In this document: one piece after another, positions 1 through 10,519 of the stretch | How the letters are laid out: each line of letters begins with the position of its first letter | How positions within the stretch are numbered: the first letter of the stretch is position 1 | Translations under genes and position numbers: made by a program | Notes under the pieces: model-generated | What the model saw: the letters and a program-made list of their open reading frames with translations, nothing else | The model's database searches: none | Told to the model about the DNA's origin: nothing | Assembly: GCF_000143415.4 (NCBI RefSeq) | Contig: NW_003314353.1 | Span: 701,236 to 765,235, forward strand | DNA: 64,000 nucleotides | Origin: Selaginella moellendorffii | Lineage: Eukaryota; Plantae; Lycopodiophyta | Direction of reading: 5' to 3'

Positions 1-1478
1 GCCTGTCCATCCGGCGTCGCAGCTGGTCCCCCAGAAGTCCCCCCCGGCGGAGAAGTCCCTGGAGACGCGGCGGGTGTGAGAGGATTGCCAGCGATGTTGA
101 GCTTCACCGAGGACGGAAAAGCTGGCACTGGCGCCGAGAAGAGGTTGTTGCTCAAGTCCACGGACTGCAGCGAAGGTAGCTTCGCCAGGGACTCTGGAAT
201 GAGACCTTCCAGCTTGTTGTCGCTGAGCCTGAGAGTCGTGAGCGTCGTCAAGTTCCCGAGAGCAGCTGAGAGCGTGCCGTTGAGTTGGCTGCTTGCCAGA
301 TTGATAACCGTGACATTCGAAGTCGTCCCGGGGGTCGAGCCGCAGGAGATTCCCAGCCAAGCACTGCCGCTGCTGCCGTTGCTACCAGAAGTTCCACAAG
401 GATCATTCCCGATCCACGACGATGTGAGCGAGTCGGGGTAGCCAACGCCAGCGAGAAAGTGCAAGAGCGCTGTCACGTCTCGTGCGCAAGCCTCTCCAGG
501 ACTGCTCTTGCAAAAGTTGTTCCGCGCGTACTCGAAGCCGACGGTGTCCTTGAAAACCGGAATCTCCCCCACGAGCAAGTTGTTCTTGACCGTGAAGTTC
601 TTGAGCGCCGGGAGATTCGCGAGCGAGGGAGGAATGGTTCCCGTCAGCTGGTTGTCGTTGAGCTTGAGCTCTTGGAGTGACAGCGCCTCCCCGAGACCCT
701 CCGGAATGGAACCGCTGAATCGGTTCACGTGAAGCCACAGAACTCGCAGAGATTGCATCGTTCCCACGACCGTGATCGGCCCACTGAGCACCGGATTCTG
801 CTGGTTGTTTGCCCGAAACTCCGCCAAATTCGAGGACCCAAAGCTCGAAGGAATGCCCCCAGAGATCCTGTTGTAGGCGACGTTGAGCACCTTCAAGCTC
901 TCCATCTGTCCCAAAAAATCTGGAATGCTTCCTCCCAAGCTCGTGTTGGTGATCGAGAGCGTGGAGAGCAGCGAAGAGTTCTGGATCTCTGCCGGAAGCA
1001 TCCATCCCCCGGATGACTTGTTGAGAGGATTGTCGTCGAGGTAGATCTCCGTGAGCGCGCTGAGCCCAGTGAAGAAATCGCCAGGGATGGTGTCGAAAGA
1101 GTTCCCGGAAAGGAGCGCCGTTTGGAGCTGCGAGAGCCCACTAAGCGATGGTAGCGATCCTGTGAACCCATTCCCCTGGAGCTGGAGGTTCTCGAGATTC
1201 TTGAGCTTGTTGAGGTCGGGTGCCACGGTTCCACCCAGCGCCAGCCCTGCTACCTGGAGCGCCGATATGCTCGAGCCCTGGCATTTGATGTGCTTCCAGT
1301 TGCTCCCACAGGGATCGCTCCCAGTCCACGAATCCAGTAGCGCCGGATTCTTGACGCCCTTGAGGAAGTTCTGGAGGACCTGGAGCTCTGCCGAATCGGT
1401 CTGCGCCAGCGCCATGGCGAGAATCGATGCCACCAGGAGTAGCAGCAATGCCGCTGGATGCTTCTTCTTGAGCTTCAT
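1..1478 (-). CDS. TMK: TMK-family LRR receptor-like kinase, N-terminal part (continues beyond position 1)
   Basis: Manual translation from ATG at 1478: MKLKKKHPAALLLLLVASILAMALAQTD (signal peptide), W-x-G-x-DPC-x3-W-x2-I-x-C cap, LRRs such as LENLQLQGNGFTGSLPSL and FDTIPGDFFTGL, then a second W-x-G-x-DPC cap and further LRRs. This split LRR layout is typical of TMK1. It has no stop inside the window, so it is absent from the ORF track. Confidence 0.9.
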   Translation of the reverse strand, partial: MKLKKKHPAALLLLLVASILAMALAQTDSAELQVLQNFLKGVKNPALLDSWTGSDPCGSNWKHIKCQGSSISALQVAGLALGGTVAPDLNKLKNLENLQLQGNGFTGSLPSLSGLSQLQTALLSGNSFDTIPGDFFTGLSALTEIYLDDNPLNKSSGGWMLPAEIQNSSLLSTLSITNTSLGGSIPDFLGQMESLKVLNVAYNRISGGIPSSFGSSNLAEFRANNQQNPVLSGPITVVGTMQSLRVLWLHVNRFSGSIPEGLGEALSLQELKLNDNQLTGTIPPSLANLPALKNFTVKNNLLVGEIPVFKDTVGFEYARNNFCKSSPGEACARDVTALLHFLAGVGYPDSLTSSWIGNDPCGTSGSNGSSGSAWLGISCGSTPGTTSNVTVINLASSQLNGTLSAALGNLTTLTTLRLSDNKLEGLIPESLAKLPSLQSVDLSNNLFSAPVPAFPSSVKLNIAGNPLTPAASPGTSPPGGTSGGPAATPDGQ

Positions 1479-2499
1479 TCTGGGCGAAAGAAATACGATC
1501 GACTCAAGAACACGAAAAGAGGGCGCTTGGATGTATCAATGCTGCCATACCTGGCTGGGAAGAGACCTCAAAGATCGATCGCGCGAGCGCGCAGCCCCGA
1601 AATATCACGAATCCAAGCCACGACACGCGTCAATCGAAGAACACCGAGCCGAAATATTCGTACCCCGGCTGGGAAAGATCGATCGCGGGTGCGCGCAGCC
1701 TCGATGTCGTGACGAAGAAGCGAAATACCACGAATCCAAGCCGCGACACTGCGGTATCGAGCGTCAATCGAAGAACATCGAGCGAAAAATCCGTACCTCG
1801 CGAGCGTTCCACGCCTTAGATCGCCGCCAACACGCCAAGCTCCAGCGCCGCGCTTATGATCGCTCTGGCGCCGAGCCGCCGCTGGCAATGCGGCCGGCTC
1901 GATCGATGGAAAAGAAAAAAAGATTAGGGAAAAAAGAAAGAGAGAAAAGAAAGCACAAAGAGCGTGCGGTGTTCTACACTAGTACACAACTGGCACGAAC
2001 GCGGGATGGGATGCGAGAAGCGAAGAACACCAAAAAGAAAGATTGGCGATCGATGAGCTAGACTCCACTAGCGGCCAACACGAAAAAGACAAATCGCATG
2101 TTACTAGCAGTGACAAGGTCGGCGCTGCGCAGTGCTCGCTCGATTTCTTCGCCAATCCCTCCGAAAACCTCTGTTCTATTTTATCACCGATCGATCGATC
2201 GATCGCCTATGGCGCCGCGGCCATGGGGCAAAATAATCGATCGATCGAGCGAGCTATTTAATCGCTCGCGCAGAGAGGGAGAGAAGAATGCGAGCGCCGC
2301 AAGAGGACAGATCGATTGATCGTGCGCGCCAGCAAGCTACTGCTCGGTCAAAACCCTAGTCAAAGAAAGATGCTCGGGAATATGCCCCTCCACGGCCGTT
2401 TGAGGAGGTTTAAACTCGAGGATTGCCGGCTTTTATGGTACACACGACTTAAGCACGGCAGTCCATTTAATTCTCCACGGCAAGCCACAGCCGTGTTTC

Positions 2500-2835
2500 G
2501 TGAAGTTTGAGAGAAACTTTGATCGATTTTCGAGCTGGATCCTGGAACAAAGAGTGAAGACGTGAGAGATTTCAAGGTTTTCCGTCCCAAACCATTAAGA
2601 AAAACATACCAAAACTAGAATTTGATAGTGTTCCAGCTCTCGAATCGTTTAGAATTTGATCGTGTTAATCATTTCTTCATACTTCACATGAAGTTTGAGA
2701 AAAACTTTGATCGATTTCGAGCTGGATGGATCCTGAAGCGAAGTAGAGACGAAGATTTGAAGATCTTTTCTGCTAAACCAGTAAGAAAAAAATACCAGAA
2801 CTAGAATGTGATCGTGTTCCAGCTCTCCCATCGTT
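2500..2835. repeat. Two diverged direct copies of a ~145 bp unit (period ~188 bp)
   Basis: gaagtttgaga..actttgatcgattt..cgagctgga...actagaat.tgat.gtgttccagctctc occurs at about 2502 and about 2690. Confidence 0.75.
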
Positions 2836-3159
2836 TCTTTGGCGCCATACTTCACGGCAGTGATCGCGAAAGCACCTAAACATCGCTGATAGAAATTAAT
2901 TTCATCGAGAAAAAGACACCAGGAACTTAAAACTTACGAGGATCGGTGTTGCAAGGACGAGCGCAGCTGCAAGAACAAACATGTCAGCAGCGACACAAAA
3001 CCAAAAGAGAAAAGAAACAAAACAAAACGTGGAAAAACGTGATTGTCGAAAGAGAAACAACTCGTACAGGATGAAAAAGCTGCGATACCAAGAGAAATTG
3101 TCACCGCTGGAGGAGGAAAAAAATCGACAGGAACTTACAGAGTGATCGATCGATCGTTG

Positions 3160-3795
3160 TCACAGGAAGAAAATGACGAAGGCAATAAGAAAACCAGCGA
3201 GAACAGTGTACTTGAGGCCAGAGACTATAATCGCCGCGGTGACTAGGAGGAGTTGCCAGCTTATTTGTAGGACGGCCAGTCCCAGGAGGCCAGTGAGAAC
3301 GAGCGCGAGCGCATTATCCACGCTTGGTTCCAAAAGTTCTCCCCATTTTATCTCCAAATCCTCGAGCCCAGGCGCATCGGCTTCTCTATCGATCGACCCA
3401 GTCAAGGAACCCCAAAATCCTTGGTAGCCTTCTTCCTCTTTCTTTACTTCTTCTTCTACCTGTTCTTCACCGGGAGGCTCGTCCTGCTTGTTGGATTTCC
3501 AGAAGCTCGCGAAGAATCCAGAGCGATTTTTCCTTGTCTCGCCTGTTCTAGCCGGAGATTTCGCTTCTTCTTCTTGTTCTTCCGATTCTTCTCCTTCTTC
3601 TTCGTCTTTATCGGAATCACCGTCTTCTCCCGCTCTAGCGACTAGACGACTACTGCGAAATCGAGAAATTCCAGACCTGAGATTCACGCGCCGCGATTGC
3701 GCGCCCAACCGGAGGGCCAGAGGAGCACTCGATGCGTCCTGCCGTGCGCGAAGAAAGCCGCTTGGAAGAGGAGCTCGCGCAAGCCCTACATTCAT
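3160..3795 (-). CDS. Uncharacterised, probably plastid-targeted membrane protein (211 aa)
   Basis: R/S/A-rich transit-peptide-like N-terminus ending LVARA, an acidic linker, then a hydrophobic C-terminal domain (WGELLEPSVDNALALVLTGLL...LKYTVLAGFLIAFVIFFL). Confidence 0.75.
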   Translation of the reverse strand: MNVGLARAPLPSGFLRARQDASSAPLALRLGAQSRRVNLRSGISRFRSSRLVARAGEDGDSDKDEEEGEESEEQEEEAKSPARTGETRKNRSGFFASFWKSNKQDEPPGEEQVEEEVKKEEEGYQGFWGSLTGSIDREADAPGLEDLEIKWGELLEPSVDNALALVLTGLLGLAVLQISWQLLLVTAAIIVSGLKYTVLAGFLIAFVIFFL

Positions 3796-3861
3796 CCTAT
3801 TCCAGTAGATTTAGGGCTTATGGATAATTTGGAGGGAAAGAGTATGTGAAATCTAGGGCTT

Positions 3862-5994
3862 ATGGCCGTGGTGTCCGCGAGGCTACAATGCGCTCGCGAG
3901 GATCAATTCGCGAGGGACTCCTCGGATCATCTGGCGAGAAGGCAGCGCCCAGGCAAGGCGCGCACGGTTCCGAGGATCGATGCTGCGGAATCAAGCAGGG
4001 AAGCGTTGCGCATTGCGGTGGATCGGCTGGAGCGATTGTCGAGCGAGGAGGAGGAGGAGGATCAGACCGGCACTTGCGTTTCACTTCTCAAGCTGTGCGG
4101 GGATTCCAGAGCGCTGGCCGAGGGCCGCCGCCTCCACGCTCACATCGAATCAGGGTCTGGCGTCCCATCGCGGCACAGGACAATGCTCGCGAATCTCGTC
4201 GTCCGGATGTATGGCAAGTGCCGGAGCATCGACGAGGCAAGGAAGGCTTTCGAAGGAATCGACGAGCGGGATCGAGATCTCTTCTCGTGGAACATGATGA
4301 TCGCGGCATTTGCCGAGAACGGGCACCTGGAGGGAGCTCAGGAAATCTTTGAGAGGATGCCAGTAAAGGATGTGGTGGCTAGAACAGCCATGGTGGCCGC
4401 GCATGCGAATTGTGGGAGTCTAGAGGACGCAAAGAACGTTTTTGATAGCATGCCAGTTCGCGACGTTGTGGCATGGAGTGCTATGATCACGGCATTTAGC
4501 CAAAGAGGGCATTGTCGCGAGGCACTTCACACTTACCGGACCATGGATCTCGAAGGGATGAAGCCCAACGACATAACCTTCATCAGCGCTCTAGATGCTT
4601 GCGCAGGTATGAAACTTTGCTACCTCATTGTTGGTCTTTCTTTCCTTCTTTTAGTTTTCATTCTTTGCTTGTTTCTGGCGCTTCTTTGTGCTTGTTGTGA
4701 AAGCTGATCTGGTATTGTCCTGATAATGATTTTAAGAGTTTGTGGCTGCTGCGCATCATTGTTGGTCTGTTTTTCCTTCTTTTAGTTTTTATTCTTTCTT
4801 CTTGCTTGTTTCTGGCCGCTTCTTTGTATTCGTGTTGCTTGTTGTGAAAGCTGGTCTTGGAAACTTGTCCTAATACTGATTTTTAGATTTTGTGGCCTTC
4901 CAGGATTGACATCTATAGCCGAAGGAAGAGTCATTCACGCAAACATTCTCCAGACCGGCTTTGAAACCAGGCTCAAAGTTTCGACTGCTCTCGTCAACAT
5001 GTACGGGAAATGTGGGAGTGTAGAGTCCGCAAAACAGGTTTTTGACGGCATGAGTTCTAGAAACTCGTATACTTGGACAGCAATCGTGTCGGCCAACGCT
5101 CAAAACGGGTACTACGAAGGAGCGGTGGTAATGTTCCAGACGATGGAGCTCGAGGGTGTTAAGCCGGATGGGATCAGTTTTATCAGCTTGCTCTACGCTT
5201 GCAGTCACGGCGGTTTTCTCGGCACTGGAAAGCAGTATTTTTCTTCGATGAAAGCCGACTATGGAGTCCCGCCCTCTCACAGCCACCACGAGTGCGTGAT
5301 GGATTTGCTGGGACGAGCAGGGAGGCTGGAAGAAGCAGAGCTTTTGATCGAGAAAATACCATCTACGGGGCATGTTTTAGCTTACCGGACTTTACTCGCG
5401 GCGTGTAAAATTCACAGAGACGTTGAGAGAGGAGCAAGAGCTGCCGAGAAACTCTTCGTGATCGACTCCAAGAATCCATCTCCATACTTGCTGCTGATGA
5501 ATATATACGCCGCTGCTGGACTGTGGGACTTGGCAAGCAAAGTGAGAAAAGCTCTCAAAGAAAAGGGACTGAAGAAGGAAGCAGGCTGTAGCTGGATTGT
5601 GGTGAAGAGCAAGGTGCACGAGTTTACAGCTAGTGGTGGAAGCGATCATCCCCGGAAAGAAGAGATCTACGCCGAAGTTCACAGGCTCGAGAGTGAAATG
5701 CGTAAAAGATATGGATACAAGCCGGATACCAGCGCGGTGATCTTTGACGTTGATGAGGAGGAAAAGGAACAGAGGGTGCGGTTCCACAGCGAGAAGCTAG
5801 CCATTGCGTTTGGGATAATCAGCACTCCAAACGGAAGCCCGCTGACGATCATGAAGAACTTGAGAGTGTGTGCCGATTGCCACACTGCAACGAAGATGAT
5901 ATCTCTGATCGCTGGAAGAAGCATCCGTGTCAGGGACGGTAACCGGTTTCACCAAGTGAAGGACGGAGTGTGCTCTTGTCGAGATTACTGGTAA
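3862..5994 (+). CDS. PLS-class PPR protein with E and DYW deaminase domains (organellar C-to-U editing factor); exons 3862-4606 and 4904-5994
   Basis: PPR motifs (NLVVRMYGKC, DLFSWNMMIAAFAENG, KPNDITFISALDAC). A GT-AG intron at 4607-4903 joins DACAG|LTSIAEGRVIH in frame. HSEKLA and CADCH zinc ligands are intact and the protein ends CSCRDYW. Confidence 0.95.
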
Positions 5995-6252
5995 TTCGAT
6001 CTACACTTCTCTCTACAACTTCCACCGCCAAGCCTCGAAAACGGAAGGCTGCACTTTGAGGTAATGATGATGGTTTTACTTCTTCTCTAATATCCATGTT
6101 TATCAGGTTCGAACAGTGATTTGATTTAAACGTCGAGAACTACATTATGTACAAGTTTCCAAGCTCCAAGTCATTGTCGGGTAAGCTGACTTTGTTTTTC
6201 TCGGTGACCTGATGCTCCTAAGTTTTTATTTTTTCTCTCTCCCTCTAGGACC

Positions 6253-7919
6253 ATGGCGCCTAGAACACCCAAGAGCGTTGTTAAGGTGGATGTAACAAAG
6301 CAGCCATGGGAGCAAGACAGTCCTCTTCACAACAGATGGCATCCAGACATTCCTCCAGTTGCTCAGGTTTCGGTAGAGGAGCTCTTCAGAGTAGAAACAA
6401 TAGATTGGACTGGAGGCCAAATTCTAGACAATGATTCTGCCGAAGATGTGAAGAACATGGACTTGTCCAGGGTAAGCATTCAAGCTTTAGTCGTTTGTTT
6501 ATCTTTCTGTTTGTCTTCCAGGTGCATTATCTGAGTGGGCCGATCCGAGTTATGGACGAGGCTGGCAAGCCTGCAATCCCTGGTGACATTCTCGTGGTTG
6601 AGATATGCAACCTTGGACCACTTCCAGGAGACGAGTGGGGATTCACTGGAACTTTCGACCGAGAGAATGGTGGTGGATTTCTTACAGACCATTTTCCTTC
6701 CGCCACCAAAGCAATCTGGCACTTTGATGGCATTTTTGCATACTCTCGACACATTCCAGGTAAAAAGAGCTGAAAGTTTTGTCTAACTAGTGTTTCTTCC
6801 TCATTTTCTGGACGACAGGGGTTCGTTTTCCAGGACTGATTCATCCGGGACTTATTGGCACCGCGCCGTCGAAAGAACTATTAGATATCTGGAACAGCCG
6901 CGAGCGCTTACTTGTAGAAGAAACTCCGAGCTTGACACTCTGCAGTTCACTTCATACTCGGCCACTTGCGAACTTGCCTCTAGCAAAAGGAGCTCTTCTT
7001 GGAAAGGTTTGTTCTGTTTGAATTAGATCTCTTTTATATATTGTGATTTGCTTCGTTCTCGTAACAGATTCCTCCAGGCTCTTCCCAGTGGCAAGCAATT
7101 GCAAATGAGGCTGCAAGAACGATCCCGGGAAGAGAGAATGGTGGCAACTGTGATATAAAAAACCTGAGCAGGGGCTGCAAGGTCTATTTCCCAGTGTTTG
7201 TGGAAGGAGCAAACTTAAGCATGGGAGACATGCATTTCTCTCAAGGCGATGGCGAGGTCTCTTTCTGCGGAGCAATCGAGATGAGTGGCTTCCTCGAGCT
7301 AAGGTCCGTTAATCTCGAAACTTCATTTTTCAAACTTTTGATGTTTCCAGATGTGAGATTCTTCGCGGAGGAATGGAAAGATATATGACTCCAATCGGGC
7401 CGACAAAGCTCCATGTCCATCCTTTGTTTGAGATCGGCCCGCTGGAGCCAAGATTCTCAGAGTGGCTAGTTTTCGAGGGAGTGAGCGTGGATGAGTCTGG
7501 CAAGCAACACTTTCTGGACGCGAGCATTGCCTACAAACGAGCAGTCCTCAACGCGATACACTACTTCTCAAACTTTGGATACTCTAAAGAGCAGGTAAAA
7601 TCAAGCTGGTTTTAGAACTTCTTTGTGACAAATTTGTTCTACCAGGTCTATTTGCTTCTCTCCTGCTGCCCGTGCGAAGGACGCATCTCTGGAATCGTGG
7701 ATGCTCCAAACGCTGTAGCCACTCTCGCCGTCCCTACAGCCATATTCGATCAGGTTGGAGCTCTCTTCTAAAGTTTCCTTTTTCTCATTTCTCTTCGCAC
7801 AGGATGTTCGTCCCAAGCGAGGCACTCCAAGCGCTGCTCGTGTGATCCAGCAAGCCAACGTTCCCAAATGCGTCTACGAAGGCAAACTTCCCATCACCAA
7901 AGTTCTCTCGCTGGAATAA
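6253..7919 (+). CDS. Formamidase (acetamidase/formamidase family), multi-exon
   Basis: Motifs LHNRWHPDIP, DWTGGQI, VHYLSGPI, GGGFLTDHFP, GRENGGNCDIKNL and GDMHFSQGDGEVSFCGAIEM. Short GT-AG introns (e.g. 6472-6521). Stop TAA at 7917-7919. Confidence 0.93.
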
Positions 7920-8492
7920 GAAAAGAGAAGAAGAACCAGTAGAGAATCTACTGTGAAACTTCCGTGGAAGGTCGTGAGAGCGTTAGACCGTGTCATACCC
8001 GATTATAGTACCATCAAAAAATATGGAAGAGTCTAACCATGCATGAATAGTAATAAGTTTAATAAGTTTAATTGTCAAGTTTTTACTAAATTTTAAATTT
8101 TATTATTATTAAGACTTTAAAAAGTTTATTAATATTTATTATTGACAATAAGTCCTCCTTTCCCTGATTAACTCTTTGCATGCATTTGGATGGGCTGGGT
8201 TGCTCTTCTTTTGAAAATGGACTGGAGCTTTTTCCATTGTGGTGGTGTCGATCAAATCTCCAGGACGAGGAGCAGCAGTAGCAGCAGCACCACCGAGAGA
8301 TCCCACCACGGTATTGTAATGCTCGCTGGTCTCCCTCATTCCTCCAATCACCACCACCACTCCTCCTCCCCGGAAGAACTTTCGAGTAGCGCTTTGATCG
8401 CTACTCACTCCTCCTGATCACTCCTCCTGGTCCCTGGGATGTGAATCCATCCGGAAAACGATCCAGCATCCGGAAAAGTGACGAGATCCAGC

Positions 8493-9407
8493 ATGCGTTC
8501 CAAAGTTCCCAGAGAAGGCCCGGCCTGGGTGGACGAGTTCCTGTCCGGCGACTACTTCACCAGCTGCAACTTCCACACCGGCGGCAAGAACGAGCGCAAC
8601 CAGTTCTGCACCGAATGCTCCGGTAGCGGCCCCCTCTGCCAGTTCGGCCTCCTCACCTCGCACTCGGGCCACCGGACTCTCCAAGTCCGCAAGGCCTCAC
8701 ACATGGACTCCATCCGGGTCGTGGACATCCAGCAGTGCCTCGAGGTCTCGGACATCCAGACGTACTCCATCAACAGCGCCAAGATCGTCTTCCTGCTCAG
8801 CCGTCCACAGCCCCGTCCCAGCAAAGGAGCTCTGCACGCCTGCCTGTGCTGCAACCGGGCTCTCTCGGACGACGTCAAGTTCTGCTCGCTTGCATGTAAG
8901 CTGGACGTGCTGAGGGAGCAGCCGGAGGACAGATCCATCACGTTTGCATTGCCGGCCGATGGGGAGGGCGCTGGAGGTGGCGCTGGAGGTGAAAAGGAGC
9001 AGCGGCAGCAGCAGCTCGAGGAAGTGGAGCAGAAGTTCTCGTCAGCTGAAATGGTTTCCACCAGCGAGCAGCAGCACAATCTGCAACAACAGGAACAACA
9101 CCAACAACAATGGCAGCAAAACGGTGAGCTCGGGATCCAGCAAAAACCAGCGAAGAGGAAGAGGCTGTCCAAGAGGAAGAAATGGACAGAGAAGAAGGGG
9201 ATCAGGAAGAAGCAGCCTACCAAGTTGCTGCTTCCAAAGATCCGCAATCGACTGCTGCTCGAGGAGGAGAATGGATCCGGCTGCTTCAAAAGGAAGAACA
9301 GTGAGGCATTCCAGGATTCGCCCACCACACCTGAAAAGTTCGAGTCAATTTCCACTGCGAAAGCTCGATGCAGAAAAGGCGTACCTCGTAGAGCACCGAT
9401 GGGGTAG
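8493..9407 (+). CDS. PLATZ: PLATZ zinc-binding transcription factor, intronless coding region
   Basis: PAW...F-x-x-C-x2-H, HSGHRTLQVRK, IQTYSINSAKIVFLLSRPQ, C-x2-C-x10-C-x3-C (CLCCNRAL...FCSLACK) and C-terminal RKGVPRRAP. First ATG is at 8493; the ORF track starts at an upstream GTG. Confidence 0.92.
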   Translation: MRSKVPREGPAWVDEFLSGDYFTSCNFHTGGKNERNQFCTECSGSGPLCQFGLLTSHSGHRTLQVRKASHMDSIRVVDIQQCLEVSDIQTYSINSAKIVFLLSRPQPRPSKGALHACLCCNRALSDDVKFCSLACKLDVLREQPEDRSITFALPADGEGAGGGAGGEKEQRQQQLEEVEQKFSSAEMVSTSEQQHNLQQQEQHQQQWQQNGELGIQQKPAKRKRLSKRKKWTEKKGIRKKQPTKLLLPKIRNRLLLEEENGSGCFKRKNSEAFQDSPTTPEKFESISTAKARCRKGVPRRAPMG

Positions 9408-9799
9408 TAGCCTGGATCATCGATAGAGAATTCAAAGTGCTCGCTGGATGGATCAACCTTGAAACGGGCATAAGTTCCACAGGTACTTGTAAACTTTCTT
9501 GGAATGTTTTCCTGTTCTTTCGTTAGAAAAGAGAAAAACAAACTAAACCATTAGCCTGTGAAGAAGCAAAAAAAAATTCTGTGCAGATCAAAGAGCGCAC
9601 GTTATGTGAATAACAATAGTTTTTTTTCAGAGGTTTGAAGCAAACTGGCATCGAATGACTCCAAACAAATGCGCTAGCTGTCTGTAACTACATATATGAG
9701 TGCTTAGCTTATTTTGTCCCTACTGGAAATCGTGCTGCTTTGCTTGCGAATCATGGTTCGTTTGCTGGGATTTATTATGGCGAGAGGGAAGTTACCGGA

Positions 9800-10434
9800 T
9801 CATCGCAGCTCCGATTTTCTTATCCCATTTATGATCGTCTCCAAGCGTCCGCTCTCATGAGCTTCGACAGTGTCTGCAACGCACAAACGCCAGTGAGTGG
9901 AAAAAAGCACGCGACTAGTTTGCACGAACTCTACGTGCCAACCATCCTAGAGGCGACGAGAAAAAAATGTACCATCAGAGCCACCGATGTGTTTACCACC
10001 AACGAAAACTTGTGGAACAGTGCGGCGTCCCACTAGGCCTTGCAACGCTTCCTGGATCTCGTCTCCATCCTCTAAGAACACCAATTAAAAAACACTGAGA
10101 ACATCCAGTACGAAAGAAAAAAAAGAATTTTTCCGAGTACCTCTTAGATCCAGCTCAACGACATGGGGAGTTTCATTCAAGCTCTTGAAAACCGACTTAG
10201 CTCTCCGGCAATAGCTGAGATTTCCAAGGGACAAGCGTTAGAGACCCCTCCCCACAGCTCGATCGACATAGAATTGAGAACTTACGGGCAATAAGACTTG
10301 GAAAAAATCACGATGTCGTGATTATCGATCGTGCTCTTCACAAACGAAGGCGCCGACGATCCATCCGCCGCGCGCGTCACGGCGAGCGCCACAATCCCGC
10401 ACAGCACCACCGCCGGAAACCCCATTCTCCTCAT
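9800..10434 (-). CDS. CPYC glutaredoxin (GRXC3/C4 type) with signal peptide, 4 exons
   Basis: Manual splice: [25 protein letters not shown]...[10 protein letters not shown]|YCRRAKSVF...VVELDLRE|[32 protein letters not shown]|[11 protein letters not shown]...KSELR*. All introns are GT-AG (e.g. 10215-10285). Not in the ORF track. Confidence 0.93.
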
Positions 10435-10445
10435 CCTCGCTGCAG

Positions 10446-10512
10446 ATAAACCCTAAAAACCGGTGACCTAATTCCCGCTCTTGCATTGAATATTCCCACA
10501 TAAAACCCTAAA
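10446..10512. promoter_or_regulatory. Telo-box motifs (AAACCCTAA) upstream of the glutaredoxin gene
   Basis: aaaccctaa at about 10448 and about 10503, in the 85 bp between the NPF stop and the glutaredoxin ATG. Confidence 0.45.
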
Positions 10513-10519
10513 CTTTTCT

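Noticed and set aside
76-2061. Plus-strand ORFs of 121-336 aa
   Set aside because: Antisense shadows of the TMK coding sequence and its upstream region, with no domain signatures.
8552-9541. 329 aa minus-strand ORF
   Set aside because: Antisense shadow of PLATZ with low-complexity C/S runs.
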